Origin: a virus
Length of the DNA: 64,000 bases
IMG/VR virus record: IMGVR_UViG_3300026078_000018
Reading direction: 5' to 3' (one strand)
The position numbers and the translations under genes are program-made. Of the stretch, positions 9,567 through 19,180 are shown piece by piece (the stretch's first letter is position 1; each line of letters opens with the position of its first letter). The notes under the pieces are model-generated. The model was not told the DNA's origin and made no database searches. It saw only the letters and a program-made list of their open reading frames with translations.

Positions 9567-10048
9567 GCGCCGACTTCCGCGACACCGCACACCTGGTCAC
9601 CGGCACCCTGGACACCTCCGGCTACGGCGAAGGCGACCTGCGCGACGTCGCGCTGGTGTACAAGCACCAGCACCCCGCACCCGAGGCCGAACCGGCACCC
9701 GAGCCCGGTGCACCGGCCGACGACAACCTGACACCGGAGCCGCTGTTCACCCCCGACGGCGAGCCCACCGCCCAGGCAACGCCATCACCGAGGCCACCGA
9801 AGATCGGCGAGCAGGTGCTCGACACCGAGACCGGGATCGTCTCTGAGTTCGACGGCACCGACTGGGTCAAGCTGTCCCCGGAACCGGATCAGGAACCTCA
9901 GCCCGGCACCGAACCGGCTTCAGCAGCCGTCGAGATCACCCCCGTCGAAGCCCCGCCTGTTGACCAGACGGCCCGCGCTGGCAAGGAGAGCAAGCCCCCG
10001 GCGGGGGCGGCCACCAAGACGACGCGGCGCGGCAAGGCCGCCGGATAG
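9563..10048 (+). CDS. Pro/Glu-rich hypothetical protein
   Basis: GTGA coupling; VSADFRDTAHLV... Confidence 0.65.
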   Translation: MSADFRDTAHLVTGTLDTSGYGEGDLRDVALVYKHQHPAPEAEPAPEPGAPADDNLTPEPLFTPDGEPTAQATPSPRPPKIGEQVLDTETGIVSEFDGTDWVKLSPEPDQEPQPGTEPASAAVEITPVEAPPVDQTARAGKESKPPAGAATKTTRRGKAAG

Positions 10049-10062
10049 GCGAGGAGCACACT

Positions 10063-11172
10063 GTGAGCGGTCTGGTGACAGGCACCGTCGACACCGAGGG
10101 CGCGCCGGGCGGCGCGACGACGGTCCCCACTTCGCAGTCCGACGGCGCTGACGTCGAAACATCGACCAGCTACCCCGGAGGCAAGACCGGGGCGGCCCCG
10201 CAGCCGGTCGGCGAGACAGCCGGTCCGACCCCGGACACCGAAGCGGCCAGCGGCGGCAGCGCCACCTCACAGATGTTCCCCGCCGTGACCGGCACGCCCG
10301 CGACGCTGGACACCAACTCCGGGCCCGTGGACGTGGAGATGGCCTATCGGGCGCCGCGGGCCGCGCCCGGAGGCGGCACCCAGGACACCACCTACACCCA
10401 GAACCCGACCACCGACGGCCAGCCGCCCAGCGCCGATCCCGGCACGCTGATGACCGCCACCATCGACTGCTCCTCGATCGGCGCCACACCCGGTCCCGTC
10501 GGCGGCGTCCCGGCCACGCCGACCGGCGTGGCCGCGGTGGGCGGCCCGCGATCGGCGACCGTGTCCTGGACCGGCGTGGCCAACCCGGACAACGCCACCA
10601 ACAAGATCATCGACTATGTGGTGCTCGGCTCCACCGGCGGCACCACCTTCGCCGCAGCCAACGCCACCTCCGTCGTGGTGACCAACCTCGTCCCCGGGCA
10701 GGCCTACACCTTCCAGGTCGCCGCCCGCTCGGCAGCCGGAATGGGGCCCTACTCCACCGCCTCCTCCGCGGCCACCCCCTACGACCCGGACGAACCCGAT
10801 GTCAACAAGCCCTCAGGCCTGGACGCCTACTCCGCCTCCGAACCGATCTACCACTCCGACGGCACCATCGTCCCCGGCTCCTGGGGCCGCCCCACCGCCC
10901 CCACCAACGTCGTAGAAGCCACCGGCGGCTCGGCCGGACACGTCACCGTCACCTGGACCGCCCCCACCTCCGGCGCCCCCTCCGGCGGCTACTCCGTGGC
11001 CATCACCGACGCCACCACCCACGTCACCACCACCCAGGCCGTCGCCTCCGGCACCACCACCTACACGTTCGCCGGACTCACCACCGGCCACAACGTCACC
11101 ACCGTGGTCACCGCCATCGGCCAGCTCGCCAACACCGCCTCCGCCGCCTCCGCCGCCTTCACGGTGCCGTAG
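10063..11172 (+). CDS. fibronectin type III domain virion (decoration) protein
   Basis: Two Fn3-like units: ATVSW...Y...TNLVPGQAYTFQVAA and VTVTW...YTFAGL. Confidence 0.8.
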   Translation: MSGLVTGTVDTEGAPGGATTVPTSQSDGADVETSTSYPGGKTGAAPQPVGETAGPTPDTEAASGGSATSQMFPAVTGTPATLDTNSGPVDVEMAYRAPRAAPGGGTQDTTYTQNPTTDGQPPSADPGTLMTATIDCSSIGATPGPVGGVPATPTGVAAVGGPRSATVSWTGVANPDNATNKIIDYVVLGSTGGTTFAAANATSVVVTNLVPGQAYTFQVAARSAAGMGPYSTASSAATPYDPDEPDVNKPSGLDAYSASEPIYHSDGTIVPGSWGRPTAPTNVVEATGGSAGHVTVTWTAPTSGAPSGGYSVAITDATTHVTTTQAVASGTTTYTFAGLTTGHNVTTVVTAIGQLANTASAASAAFTVP

Positions 11173-11219
11173 GCGCGCGCCAGTTGCCGTAGACGGATCG
11201 AGGCCACGAGAGGACTGGC

Positions 11220-11912
11220 ATGTCGCTGCTCACCACCCGCCTGGGGATCAAAAAGCCGCAGGATCCTGACCCCTTCCTGGCATCGGACTTCCAGCAGAAC
11301 TACGACCTGATCGACTCCTATCCCGGAGTGTTCGTGTGCACGCAGGGCACACGGCCGGTATGGGGGTCGGCGCAGGCCGGGCAGCTGATCTTCTGCACCG
11401 ACACCCGGATCCTGTATGAGTGGACCGGCAGCTCATTCCGTGAACCGCTGGTATCACCGGGCGCGTGGGTGCTGAACACCACCCTCAACACCACGCTCAC
11501 GCCGCCTGGCGGTCTCGGCTACGCCATCGCCACCTACACCGTCGGGACGTTCACCTCCAGCAGGGCCTGTGCCGGGCTGCTCATCGGAGAGCTGGACTTC
11601 GTCCCGCCCGCGGTCTACTACGACCTGAACGTCAACATCGTGCTGCAGATCAACGGCCACGACCTGTCGACGTTCGGCGGCAGCTTCACCCAGCAGGGCG
11701 ACTTCACCAACATCTCCGGCGGTATGTACAGCACCTCTACCAGCCTTTTCGCGTTCGCTACCACCGGCGGCAACGCGATCAACATCGGGTCGAACACGGT
11801 CTCGGTCAAGGTGAGCATCGCCGACAACGGCGCCGACACCCCCGGTCCGACACCGATCCAGCTGAACGCGGCCGCCATGGCGGCGCTCGCCGTCAACAAC
11901 TCCAGCCAGTGA
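11220..11912 (+). CDS. minor virion/fibre protein
   Basis: TTRLGIKKP..D......N.D.ID fibre-type N-terminus; beta-rich C-terminus. Confidence 0.6.
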   Translation: MSLLTTRLGIKKPQDPDPFLASDFQQNYDLIDSYPGVFVCTQGTRPVWGSAQAGQLIFCTDTRILYEWTGSSFREPLVSPGAWVLNTTLNTTLTPPGGLGYAIATYTVGTFTSSRACAGLLIGELDFVPPAVYYDLNVNIVLQINGHDLSTFGGSFTQQGDFTNISGGMYSTSTSLFAFATTGGNAINIGSNTVSVKVSIADNGADTPGPTPIQLNAAAMAALAVNNSSQ

Positions 11913-11919
11913 GTACGCG

Positions 11920-12795
11920 GTGAACGATCTGGTCGACTACCGGGACCGGGCCTACGTCCCCCAGTACGCAGGCCCGGTGCTCGGCATGATGATCTATGTC
12001 GGCGGGGTGCTGGCCGACCCGGACGCCTCCGCCGTATCGGCGACCCTGGTCGCCGAGGCCACCGGCACCCAGGTGTTCACTCGCGCAGCCACCCGCACCG
12101 GCGCCGGGACCTACGAGGTCACGCTGGCCAGCTCAGAGACCGCGGCCCCCGGCAACTACACCCTGGTTTTCACCTACACCGTCGGTGGCACCACGGCGAA
12201 CGAGGCCGAATACCTCGTGGTCGGACTGGCCAACCCGGCCTACGACCAGCTGCCGCCTGTCATGCAGGGCGTCGTGGAGTCGGTGGTGCACCGGATGATC
12301 GACCTGTATGACTCCCCCGAGGGCGGCCCCAACCTCGCCACCTACATCCAGTCCCGGTACTCCCGCGGCCGCCTGGGCCAGCTGCTGCGCATCGCCATCG
12401 GCACCATCAACACCGTCAAACAGCCGATCATGAACTACACCGTGGACGGCGAAGGCGGCCCGCTGTTCCCGGAGGCCTACTTCGCGCTGGCCGAACGCGG
12501 CCTGTTCATCGAAGCGATCAAGCACCTGCGGCGCTCGTATGTGGAACAGCCCGAGCTGGCCTCCGGCGCCGACGTCACCCGCCTAGACCGCCGCGACTAC
12601 CTGGAACGCTGGGGAGAGATCCTCGCCGACGAAACCGACACCTACAACCTGCAGCTGGACGCATTCAAGATCGTCAACATGGGGCTGGGCAAACCACGGG
12701 TCCTCATCTCCGGCGGCGTCTTCGGCCGCTACTCCCCCACCCGCATCGCCGGATCCGCCGCCGCCCGCCCAAGGTTCTTCTCCCGCTTCTACTGA
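11920..12795 (+). CDS. putative head-tail adaptor with Ig-like N-terminus
   Basis: Position and size; beta-rich N-terminal half, helical C-terminal half. Confidence 0.55.
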   Translation: MNDLVDYRDRAYVPQYAGPVLGMMIYVGGVLADPDASAVSATLVAEATGTQVFTRAATRTGAGTYEVTLASSETAAPGNYTLVFTYTVGGTTANEAEYLVVGLANPAYDQLPPVMQGVVESVVHRMIDLYDSPEGGPNLATYIQSRYSRGRLGQLLRIAIGTINTVKQPIMNYTVDGEGGPLFPEAYFALAERGLFIEAIKHLRRSYVEQPELASGADVTRLDRRDYLERWGEILADETDTYNLQLDAFKIVNMGLGKPRVLISGGVFGRYSPTRIAGSAAARPRFFSRFY

Positions 12796-12808
12796 GCCCG
12801 AGGCCGCC

Positions 12809-12991
12809 ATGCCCTACACCGCCACCGTCACCCAAAACAACGTCCTCATGCCCGACGGCAACCTGCACCAGACCGGCGACAAGGTACTGCTGTCCGACGA
12901 GCAGTACGAACAGATGGGGCCCGCGGCGCGCACCGCAGTGCTGTCGGACGTGACTGCGATCGACACTGAGACGACGGTGCCGGAGCTCTGA
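12809..12991 (+). CDS. 60-aa protein, stand-alone paralogue of the tailspike N-terminus
   Basis: M.YTATVT.NNV..PDGNLHQ.GD..LL.D..Y.QMG shared with the ORF at 13782. Confidence 0.85.
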   Translation: MPYTATVTQNNVLMPDGNLHQTGDKVLLSDEQYEQMGPAARTAVLSDVTAIDTETTVPEL

Positions 12992-12992
12992 G

Positions 12993-13718
12993 ATGAACGC
13001 GCCTCTGCCGCCAGGCCTGGTGGTGCCGGTCCGCGGCGCCGTCCAGCCATACCGGCTGCCTGTTCGGCAGGACTGGGCTGTCGCTACCGAGCGGCAGCGC
13101 AACTCCCAGGCGCTGTACCTGATCGGCGAGTGGTGCTTCTTCGCCCTCATGTGGCACCTGGAGGACTTCCAGAACGGCCTGGTGGTGCGGTGCCTGACCT
13201 GCTGGGGCCAGGACCCGGTGGCAGCCGCCTACGGACAAGGCAACCAAAACCGCTGCCCGTCGTGCTATGGCACCACCTTCGAGGGCGGCTACAAAGCGCT
13301 GATCATCCGCCCGGCCGCCTTTGGTGACACCGACGAGGGCGAGACCCGTACCTCTCGCGGCGTGGCCCGCGGCGGCGACATCACCGTGGAGAGCACCCCG
13401 GACTTCCGGGTCCGCTCCGGCGACTACGTGTTCCGGGCCAGCGGGGAGCGGTACTACCTGCGCGTTCCGGACCGCGTCACCGCCCGCACCGGCTTCGGCG
13501 CGCCGTACCAGTCCTCGGCCGCGATCGGCTACAACCACGCGCGCGCCGCCGACGAGGACCCCACCTCCCCGGCATACATGATCCCGCCGCCAGCTAACCG
13601 GTTGCCGCAGATCTTGAATGCGCCGCTGACACCAGGCGTGTTCGATGGCACCCCCGCGAACTTCTCCGCTTTCGAGATCGTCCGCGCGCCGCTGATCCCG
13701 ATGGCCGACCGGGCGTAG
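12993..13718 (+). CDS. putative head-closure/neck protein with CxxC..CxxC
   Basis: C..CW...CPSCYGT.F.GGY motif; position among neck genes. Confidence 0.6.
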   Translation: MNAPLPPGLVVPVRGAVQPYRLPVRQDWAVATERQRNSQALYLIGEWCFFALMWHLEDFQNGLVVRCLTCWGQDPVAAAYGQGNQNRCPSCYGTTFEGGYKALIIRPAAFGDTDEGETRTSRGVARGGDITVESTPDFRVRSGDYVFRASGERYYLRVPDRVTARTGFGAPYQSSAAIGYNHARAADEDPTSPAYMIPPPANRLPQILNAPLTPGVFDGTPANFSAFEIVRAPLIPMADRA

Positions 13719-13719
13719 T

Positions 13720-13748
13720 CCTGTTGCCGTCGGCGCTCGCTGGCTAAG
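13720..13748 (+). promoter_or_regulatory. candidate late promoter CCTGT-N21-AAG
   Basis: Recurrent intergenic motif. Confidence 0.55.
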
Positions 13749-13781
13749 GGGAGACGTTCACCTCACCGCCGGAGCTGATCG

Positions 13782-15638
13782 ATGTCCTACACGGCCACCG
13801 TCACCGTCAACAACGTCGTTCTGCCGGACGGCAACCTGCACCAGGCAGGCGACTCGATCCTGCTCACCGACTCCGAGTACGCGCAGATGGGCTCGGCGCT
13901 GATCGCCGCGGTGCTATCGGGCGTAACCCCGGCCGGGGGCTCGCCAGTCGTCTACCCCAACACGGCCGGGATCGGGCAGGTCCCGGTCGGCGTCACCTCC
14001 ACCTCTGTGGCCTACGAATCTGTGATCAACGCAGGTCCGTGGGTGCACGACGTCCGCATGCACGGCGCCGTCGGCGACGGCCAGGTGACCATCGACGGCA
14101 CCACCACCGTCGGCAGCAACGTCATCACCTGTGCGTCGGGGCCCTTCCATCCCTCCGACGTCGGCAAGGCGATCCAAATCAAGGGTGCGCTCACCTCCGG
14201 CGCCACCACGCTGTGCACGACCATCACCGGGTACACCTCGGCGACGCAGGTGACGGTCGGCGCCAATGCCACAGCTGCCGTATCCGGTACCGCGCTGGTG
14301 ATGTGGGCCACCGACGACACCGCGGCGATCCAGGCCTGTATCAACGCGGCTTTCGCTTACGGCCAGGTCCACGGGGTCGGCATCATCTCCATTCCGCCGG
14401 GCGCCGGGCTCTTCTACGGCATCGCGGGCCCTCTGGTCGCCGGGGGCGCGACGGCCGCGAACGGCCAGCTGGTCATCCCCGTTCAGGCGGACACCGGCCT
14501 CAAGGTCGAGCTGATCTTCCTGGGGGTCACCGACGGCGGCACCACCCGGCACTGGCATCAGAAGATGCCGCAGATGTCCGGGTCCACGTTGGTCAGCTTC
14601 GGGGTTTTCGCCACCGCTACCGCCCAGACCGACTCGCTGACAGCCAGCGGTAACCCGGCGGTCATCTCTGGCCAGACCGGCGCCTACGGCTACGGCGGCA
14701 CCTCCCTGCTGTACAGCAACATCCTGGTCCGGCTCCAGAACCTGCAGATCTACAGCCCCCACTCGCTGAACGGCTGGACGTACGACGCGCTGAACTTTCA
14801 CGGGATTTCTGCCTGCGCGCTGGAGAACTTCGGCTACGGCACCACCGGGCTGTACAGCGCCGGGGACTTCTCCAACCCCAACGGCTTCTCTGCCGGGCTG
14901 TCCGTCGGCGTCATCCTGCCCTCGGCAGGCAACAACGACAACAACACATTGAGAAACGTGATCTGCCACGGCGGCTACACCCGCGGCATCTACCTCACCG
15001 AGCACACCGACTGGATCGGCGGAGTGGTCCTGTACTGCTGGTCCGGCATGGGTCTGATTGGCAACTACGACGACGGCGGAAGCGGCCACGGCAACCCCGG
15101 CGTCGGCGCCAGCCACGGCATCAACTTCACCCAGATCTCGATCGAGGGCTGCAACCAGGACCTGGAGGTCATCGGCGTCGGGCAGGCCGGTATCGGGCCA
15201 ATGGTCTCTGGCTACTTCGACACCGAGGGCGCCAGCGAGGTCCGCGGCCAGGCCGACGCTCTGGCCGCCGCCTGCGGCGAAGTTCACCTCAAGGGCAACG
15301 GCGGCACGCCGCCGGTGATCGACAACCCCACCAACTTGGCGATCGTCTGCGATTTCGAGTTCCCCGGCCCGGTCGCCAGCCCACCCGCAATCCCCATCAA
15401 CAACGCGCTCATGAACCCCTACGGCCGGTACGCGAATATCACTCTGACCGGCGGCACCGGCATCACATCCGTCCAGGTCAGCGGCATGATGGGCGGCGCG
15501 ACCGCGCCTTCACTGGGCAACTCGTACAGCCAGACTGCAGGCGTGCTGGCCGCGCCGGTCACAGTCCGGGTCGGACCGCAGGGCTGGATCAAGGTCAACG
15601 GCACCACAGCACCGACCGCCACCTGGGTGCTGGACTGA
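13782..15638 (+). CDS. beta-helix spike/fibre (pectate-lyase-3-like)
   Basis: DVRMHGAVGDG...DDTAAIQACINA...I.IP.G followed by beta-helix-like repeats. Confidence 0.8.
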   Translation: MSYTATVTVNNVVLPDGNLHQAGDSILLTDSEYAQMGSALIAAVLSGVTPAGGSPVVYPNTAGIGQVPVGVTSTSVAYESVINAGPWVHDVRMHGAVGDGQVTIDGTTTVGSNVITCASGPFHPSDVGKAIQIKGALTSGATTLCTTITGYTSATQVTVGANATAAVSGTALVMWATDDTAAIQACINAAFAYGQVHGVGIISIPPGAGLFYGIAGPLVAGGATAANGQLVIPVQADTGLKVELIFLGVTDGGTTRHWHQKMPQMSGSTLVSFGVFATATAQTDSLTASGNPAVISGQTGAYGYGGTSLLYSNILVRLQNLQIYSPHSLNGWTYDALNFHGISACALENFGYGTTGLYSAGDFSNPNGFSAGLSVGVILPSAGNNDNNTLRNVICHGGYTRGIYLTEHTDWIGGVVLYCWSGMGLIGNYDDGGSGHGNPGVGASHGINFTQISIEGCNQDLEVIGVGQAGIGPMVSGYFDTEGASEVRGQADALAAACGEVHLKGNGGTPPVIDNPTNLAIVCDFEFPGPVASPPAIPINNALMNPYGRYANITLTGGTGITSVQVSGMMGGATAPSLGNSYSQTAGVLAAPVTVRVGPQGWIKVNGTTAPTATWVLD

Positions 15639-15675
15639 TCTGAACACCTAGACTGAACTGCGGACGGAGGTGGCG

Positions 15676-16458
15676 ATGAGCCAGCTGTGGGTGCAAGCCG
15701 CCGGGCACGACTTCGGCGAGAACCCCTACGAGGACCCCGACACCGGCCTACACCTGCCAGTGCCAGGGCTGCACGATAAGCGCCACACGTCGCTGGTCCC
15801 GGTCGGCGTGCTGTCCGCGTACGCCGGGGACGAACGCGGGCGTGGCCGCGACATTGAGCGTGCACAGCGCGAGATGGGCGCGATGGCCGCGCACCCGGAA
15901 GAGGCCTTCATGGGCTGGCAGCGCAATCTCAGTCACACCCGCATGGCACCCGTGAAGATCATGCGGCATCCCAACGGTCTGATCCGGATGAGCCGGGGGC
16001 ACGAATACGTCCACGGCGCCCTGGGCATGGAGATGGACTCCCACCATCTGGAAGGATTCCACGCGCTGCCCACCGAGATCTCCGACATGCGCCACCCAGG
16101 CCGCACCGACCAACTGCCACCGCTGTACCACGGCACCTCGGTCGCCGGGCTGGAGCACATCCGGCCCGCCGTTCAGCACGGCGGCCTGGAGTACGCCCAG
16201 CTGCATTCCCCCGAGGCCGACCACCACTTCGCCTATGCCACCGCCAACATCAACGAGGCCAACAGCTACGCCCGAGCCCACGGCGCCATCCACGACGCCG
16301 AGCCGATCATCTACCACGTCCAGCCCCTCAGCAGGATCGAAGCCGACCCGCCCCACAACCCGGCCGACCACCTGAAGCTGAACGAGCGCATCGCCGACGT
16401 CCGCGACCCCGAAGGCTTCCGCGTCATCGGACACCACCACCCTGGCCCTGGCTGGTAA
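15676..16458 (+). CDS. leader + degenerate ParB-like domain + Arr-type ADP-ribosyltransferase
   Basis: LYHGTS...FAYAT...A.SYA...IIYHVQP...EADP...FRVIG; GGAGG RBS. Confidence 0.7.
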   Translation: MSQLWVQAAGHDFGENPYEDPDTGLHLPVPGLHDKRHTSLVPVGVLSAYAGDERGRGRDIERAQREMGAMAAHPEEAFMGWQRNLSHTRMAPVKIMRHPNGLIRMSRGHEYVHGALGMEMDSHHLEGFHALPTEISDMRHPGRTDQLPPLYHGTSVAGLEHIRPAVQHGGLEYAQLHSPEADHHFAYATANINEANSYARAHGAIHDAEPIIYHVQPLSRIEADPPHNPADHLKLNERIADVRDPEGFRVIGHHHPGPGW

Positions 16459-16468
16459 AACCCTGCCG

Positions 16469-16498
16469 CCTGTCCCCGGTTGGCGCCCGGCGTGCAAG
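16469..16498 (+). promoter_or_regulatory. candidate late promoter CCTGT-N22-AAG
   Basis: Start codon lies 7 nt from the start of AAG, compatible with a leaderless transcript. Confidence 0.55.
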
Positions 16499-16502
16499 AC
16501 AC

Positions 16503-16940
16503 GTGAAGACCCTCTGGCACCGGCATCCCGCCGTCCGCACCGGCGACAGGCTCACCCTCGGCGAACGCGCCGCCGACCGCATGCGCAACAGCATGGGGTC
16601 CTGGGCTTTCGTGTTCGGCGCGCTCGTGTTCCTTGGCATCTGGATGGCGATCAACGTCATCGCCGCCCGCGGCGGCAATGCCTTCGACGCCTACCCGTTC
16701 ATCCTGCTCAACCTCGTGCTCTCCTGTGTCGCCGCCCTGCAGGGCGCGATCCTACTCATCGCCGCCAAGCGCAGTGACCAGATCTCCTCCGAGCTGGCGG
16801 CCCATGACTACCAGGTTGACTGCGAGACCAGGCAGGCCCTTGATGACATGCGCGCCGACTACGCGGCGCTCGCCGAACAACACCGAGCCCAAGGCGAGCA
16901 GCTCGCACAGGTGCTGCAACTCCTGCAGGAGCGGCCGTGA
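16503..16940 (+). CDS. DUF1003 membrane protein (possible holin-like)
   Basis: GERAAD.....MGSW.F...W...N...FD.YPFILLNL.LS..AALQ...L. Confidence 0.85.
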   Translation: MKTLWHRHPAVRTGDRLTLGERAADRMRNSMGSWAFVFGALVFLGIWMAINVIAARGGNAFDAYPFILLNLVLSCVAALQGAILLIAAKRSDQISSELAAHDYQVDCETRQALDDMRADYAALAEQHRAQGEQLAQVLQLLQERP

Positions 16941-17632
16941 CCAGGCTGTGGGTGGAAGCCTCCTGGCTGACCGAGAAGCCCGGCGACGACTCCTGGGACG
17001 ATCACGGCTTCGGCCACGAGACCCGCGAGCAGCGCCGCGACCGGTACGTGCAGAAGGTCCAGGACATCCACGGCGTCGGCCGCGATACAGCGCTGAACGC
17101 CCTCAAGGCCGTCAGCGCACACCTGGACCCGGTCGGCGCTGGATTCGCCTCACAGCCCCGCCACTCGGAGAACGTCGACCCGACACTGCCCAAGCACCTG
17201 CTGGACCAGGAGATCTGGGCCCGCGCGCCGATCGCCGATGTCGACCTGCGTCACCCGGTCCACGCCACCCAGGGCTGGCTCAAGCGCGACCAGATGTTCC
17301 ACAACCTGTTCCACCCCGGCAAGAAGCCGCCCTACGACGACAACCTCACCGGCCACCCCGACGTCGACCCCGACCACTACCGCGACGAAGACGACGACGC
17401 CTACTGGGACTCCGACCACGGAGACCACCCCGCCTTCATCCGGCAGACCGACGGCTCCCACATTCTGCTCGACGGCCACCACCGCGTCGCCACCGACATG
17501 CTCATGGGCAGACCCACCACCCGCGGCCGGGTCCTGGACATCCGCCACCTCGGCAAGGAAGGCCGCTTCCGCGTAGCTGCGGGGGTTGTCGGTCCCCAAG
17601 CTACAGCCGGAATAGGGCCTGTTATCAGATGA
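16937..17632 (+). CDS. leader + ParB/Srx-like domain protein
   Basis: HATQ...PAFI......ILLDGHHRVA....G. Confidence 0.75.
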   Translation: MTRLWVEASWLTEKPGDDSWDDHGFGHETREQRRDRYVQKVQDIHGVGRDTALNALKAVSAHLDPVGAGFASQPRHSENVDPTLPKHLLDQEIWARAPIADVDLRHPVHATQGWLKRDQMFHNLFHPGKKPPYDDNLTGHPDVDPDHYRDEDDDAYWDSDHGDHPAFIRQTDGSHILLDGHHRVATDMLMGRPTTRGRVLDIRHLGKEGRFRVAAGVVGPQATAGIGPVIR

Positions 17633-18306
17633 CATCCCAGATCCTGCTGCCCGAGTTCCGGGTCTCCGACCACCCCGACCGGATCATCATCGTCTCGCCC
17701 GTCCTCACCGCGGCGCGCGCCCGCGCGCTCGCGAACGAGGCCGTGCGAATGGCCCGGCAGCTCTCCCCGAAGATCAACGGCGCCGGGGCGCGCCGACTGC
17801 AGCCGGTCTACGGCAAAGGCGTCGCCGGGATCCGCTGGGCCGACCCCTACATGTTCTACGTCGACCACGGCACGCAGCCGTTCACCATGTACAAGCTGGC
17901 AGGGAAGACCATCCCGATGTGGGTGGCCGACCCCGGCGGCTTCGAGCGCGAGCGCAACCCCAAGGCGAAGGTCCGCACCACCGCCGACGGCCGTGTCCAG
18001 GTGTTGATTTTCCGGCGGGTCGCCGCCCTCGGGCAGAAACGCCCCGACGGCAAGCCCGCGTCCTACCCGGGTGCGCCGGGCCGCATCAGCCGCCGCGAGG
18101 CCGCCGCGCCCTGGACGACGCCGGGCAAGCGCGGTGGTGCGATCGCTGCGGGCAACGGCGGCGTCCGCTGGCGCCATTCCGGCATCGTCGGCCGCCAGTT
18201 CATGAACCACTCCCTGGCGATCGCCGCCCAGCGCGCCGGGGTCATCGCCGACCGTGCCTACCTCGCCGACGTTGGCTGGCGCACCCGCACCGGCGAGGCA
18301 CGATAA
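17629..18306 (+). CDS. basic neck/tail-completion protein (HK97 gp10-like)
   Basis: Y..YVDHGT, WRH.G....FM motifs; ATGA coupling. Confidence 0.65.
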   Translation: MTSQILLPEFRVSDHPDRIIIVSPVLTAARARALANEAVRMARQLSPKINGAGARRLQPVYGKGVAGIRWADPYMFYVDHGTQPFTMYKLAGKTIPMWVADPGGFERERNPKAKVRTTADGRVQVLIFRRVAALGQKRPDGKPASYPGAPGRISRREAAAPWTTPGKRGGAIAAGNGGVRWRHSGIVGRQFMNHSLAIAAQRAGVIADRAYLADVGWRTRTGEAR

Positions 18307-18409
18307 GGCAAGCTCCCCCACGTCGCATTCCGTGAGGGAGCTCTCGCATTCAACTCTGGTGGCCTGCTGTCCGCAACCACCGTGCGCCTCCCAATCCACG
18401 GAGGTGGCC

Positions 18410-19180
18410 ATGAGCCTGTTGTGGATTGAAGCGGTGCAGCTGAGTCCGCGCGCGGGTTCCTTGTCTGCGTGGGACAAGGAGACTCACCCGTTCGTACACC
18501 AGGAGCACATGCTCCCCGAAGATCAGCTGTCGCAGGCCACTGAGCATCTCTGGCCGCTGCTTCGACCGGGCACGGAGACCTGGGAGCGGGTACATCGGTT
18601 GAAAGAGTCGATGACCGCCCACGGCGGATACTCCCCCGAGCGCCACGGCGAGCTGCATCTGCTGCGCAATGAGCCGAATCTGCGGCTGCACGCCGAACAC
18701 CCGGACTGGCCGAAGACGGGTGCCGGGAACCACGGAGACCATGTCGTGATGGCCCTGAACCTCAGTGGACACACGCGCCACGTTCCTGTCACGGTCCATG
18801 ACGCGAACGATCCAGGTCGCCCTCGTTACTATCACGGCACGTCAAGGGAACTCCCCGAGGGCGAACTGCTGTATTCGAACGGCCCTCGCCCCGGCTGGCC
18901 CAGCTCTCCCGAGCACACCTACGCCACGACCAGCCGCGACGGAGCGGAGCGATATGCCGACGCCGCACACGACACCTTCGGCGGCCGTCCCCGCGTCTAT
19001 GAGGTCCACCCGATGGACCCGTCCGATCTGGAGGCAGACGACAGCGAAGGCGGTGGGGTCGACTCACTGCGCAGCCGTGCCGGGTGGGAGATCGGCCATG
19101 AGGTGTGTAAGCCGCGCAGGCTGCACGACTTCCTCAACGGCGAAGAAGAGGACGACGAGGACGATGAGGGCTGGGACTGA
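18410..19180 (+). CDS. leader + ParB-like domain + Arr-type ADP-ribosyltransferase
   Basis: YYHGTSRELPEGELL...HTYAT...A..YA...GRPRVYEVHP...EADD...SLRS...EV; N-terminal LKESM..HG...GNH...A....G...VPVTV. Confidence 0.78.
   Translation: MSLLWIEAVQLSPRAGSLSAWDKETHPFVHQEHMLPEDQLSQATEHLWPLLRPGTETWERVHRLKESMTAHGGYSPERHGELHLLRNEPNLRLHAEHPDWPKTGAGNHGDHVVMALNLSGHTRHVPVTVHDANDPGRPRYYHGTSRELPEGELLYSNGPRPGWPSSPEHTYATTSRDGAERYADAAHDTFGGRPRVYEVHPMDPSDLEADDSEGGGVDSLRSRAGWEIGHEVCKPRRLHDFLNGEEEDDEDDEGWD

Noticed and set aside
16503-16530. DUF1003 N-terminus (KTLWHRH) as a fourth leader copy
   Set aside because: It shares only LW, lacks (V/I)(E/Q)A, and the protein is a membrane protein.
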